From Candidatus Latescibacterota bacterium (GTDB lineage Bacteria > Latescibacterota > UBA2968), in the NCBI GenBank assembly GCA_038279365.1, contig JAYODI010000046.1:2652-28260 (forward strand): DNA of 25,609 nucleotides, in the 5' to 3' direction. Under the pieces are notes generated by a model. The model ran no database searches, was not told the origin of the DNA, and saw only the letters and a list, made by a program, of their open reading frames with translations. Below, one piece after another: positions 25,562 through 25,609 of the stretch (its first letter is position 1; the number at the start of each line of letters is the position of its first letter). The position numbers were made by a program, and so were the translations under genes.

Positions 25562-25609
25562 GACGGTAAATGGCAAATGGTAAACGGCAAACGGCAAACG
25601 GCAAATGGC
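25561..25609. repeat. Heptamer tandem array, consensus AAAYGGY, at least 7 units, running off the window
   Basis: AGACGGT AAATGGC AAATGGT AAACGGC AAACGGC AAACGGC AAATGGC. Confidence 0.95.

Noticed and set aside
48..25597. The many 60-180 aa ORFs in the track that overlap the called genes (e.g. 14685-15230 +, 17621-18103 +, 21895-22422 +)
   Set aside because: They are antisense or off-frame shadows of well-supported genes, with no recognisable motifs or RBS.

Overview
Gene-dense bacterial chromosomal window with 23 protein-coding genes, most on the minus strand, and no rRNA, tRNA, CRISPR array or transposase that I can recognise. From left to right it holds: a TerY/YegL-type vWA gene (missed by the ORF track because its stop lies just outside the window); a tauD-like dioxygenase, FAD oxidoreductase and ettA; a sugar-catabolism-like run (beta-propeller glycosidase, lactonase, DUF3500, aldo/keto reductase, DUF2961/GH172); a secreted S9 peptidase; a 2-hydroxyacid dehydrogenase; a NatAB-like ABC exporter with a small membrane protein; a hicAB toxin-antitoxin pair; a cupin with a second DUF2961; a plus-strand metA-metY pair; a LigC-like dehydrogenase; another hydroxyacid dehydrogenase; and a Gfo/Idh/MocA oxidoreductase with a cupin. 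The gene mix resembles Latescibacterota/Poribacteria-type heterotrophs, but this is a weak inference. The most distinctive non-coding signal is four intergenic tandem arrays with a 7-nt period. Each has a different unit, each lies downstream of a stop codon, and two are arranged as inverted, hairpin-forming arms. Other leads are a possible oxidative furanoside pathway around GH172, a probably leaderless and autoregulated hicA promoter, a candidate sRNA/16-aa ORF divergent from natA, and a succinyl-type MetA paired with a MetY-type enzyme. All protein calls come from motif recognition by eye; no searches were run.
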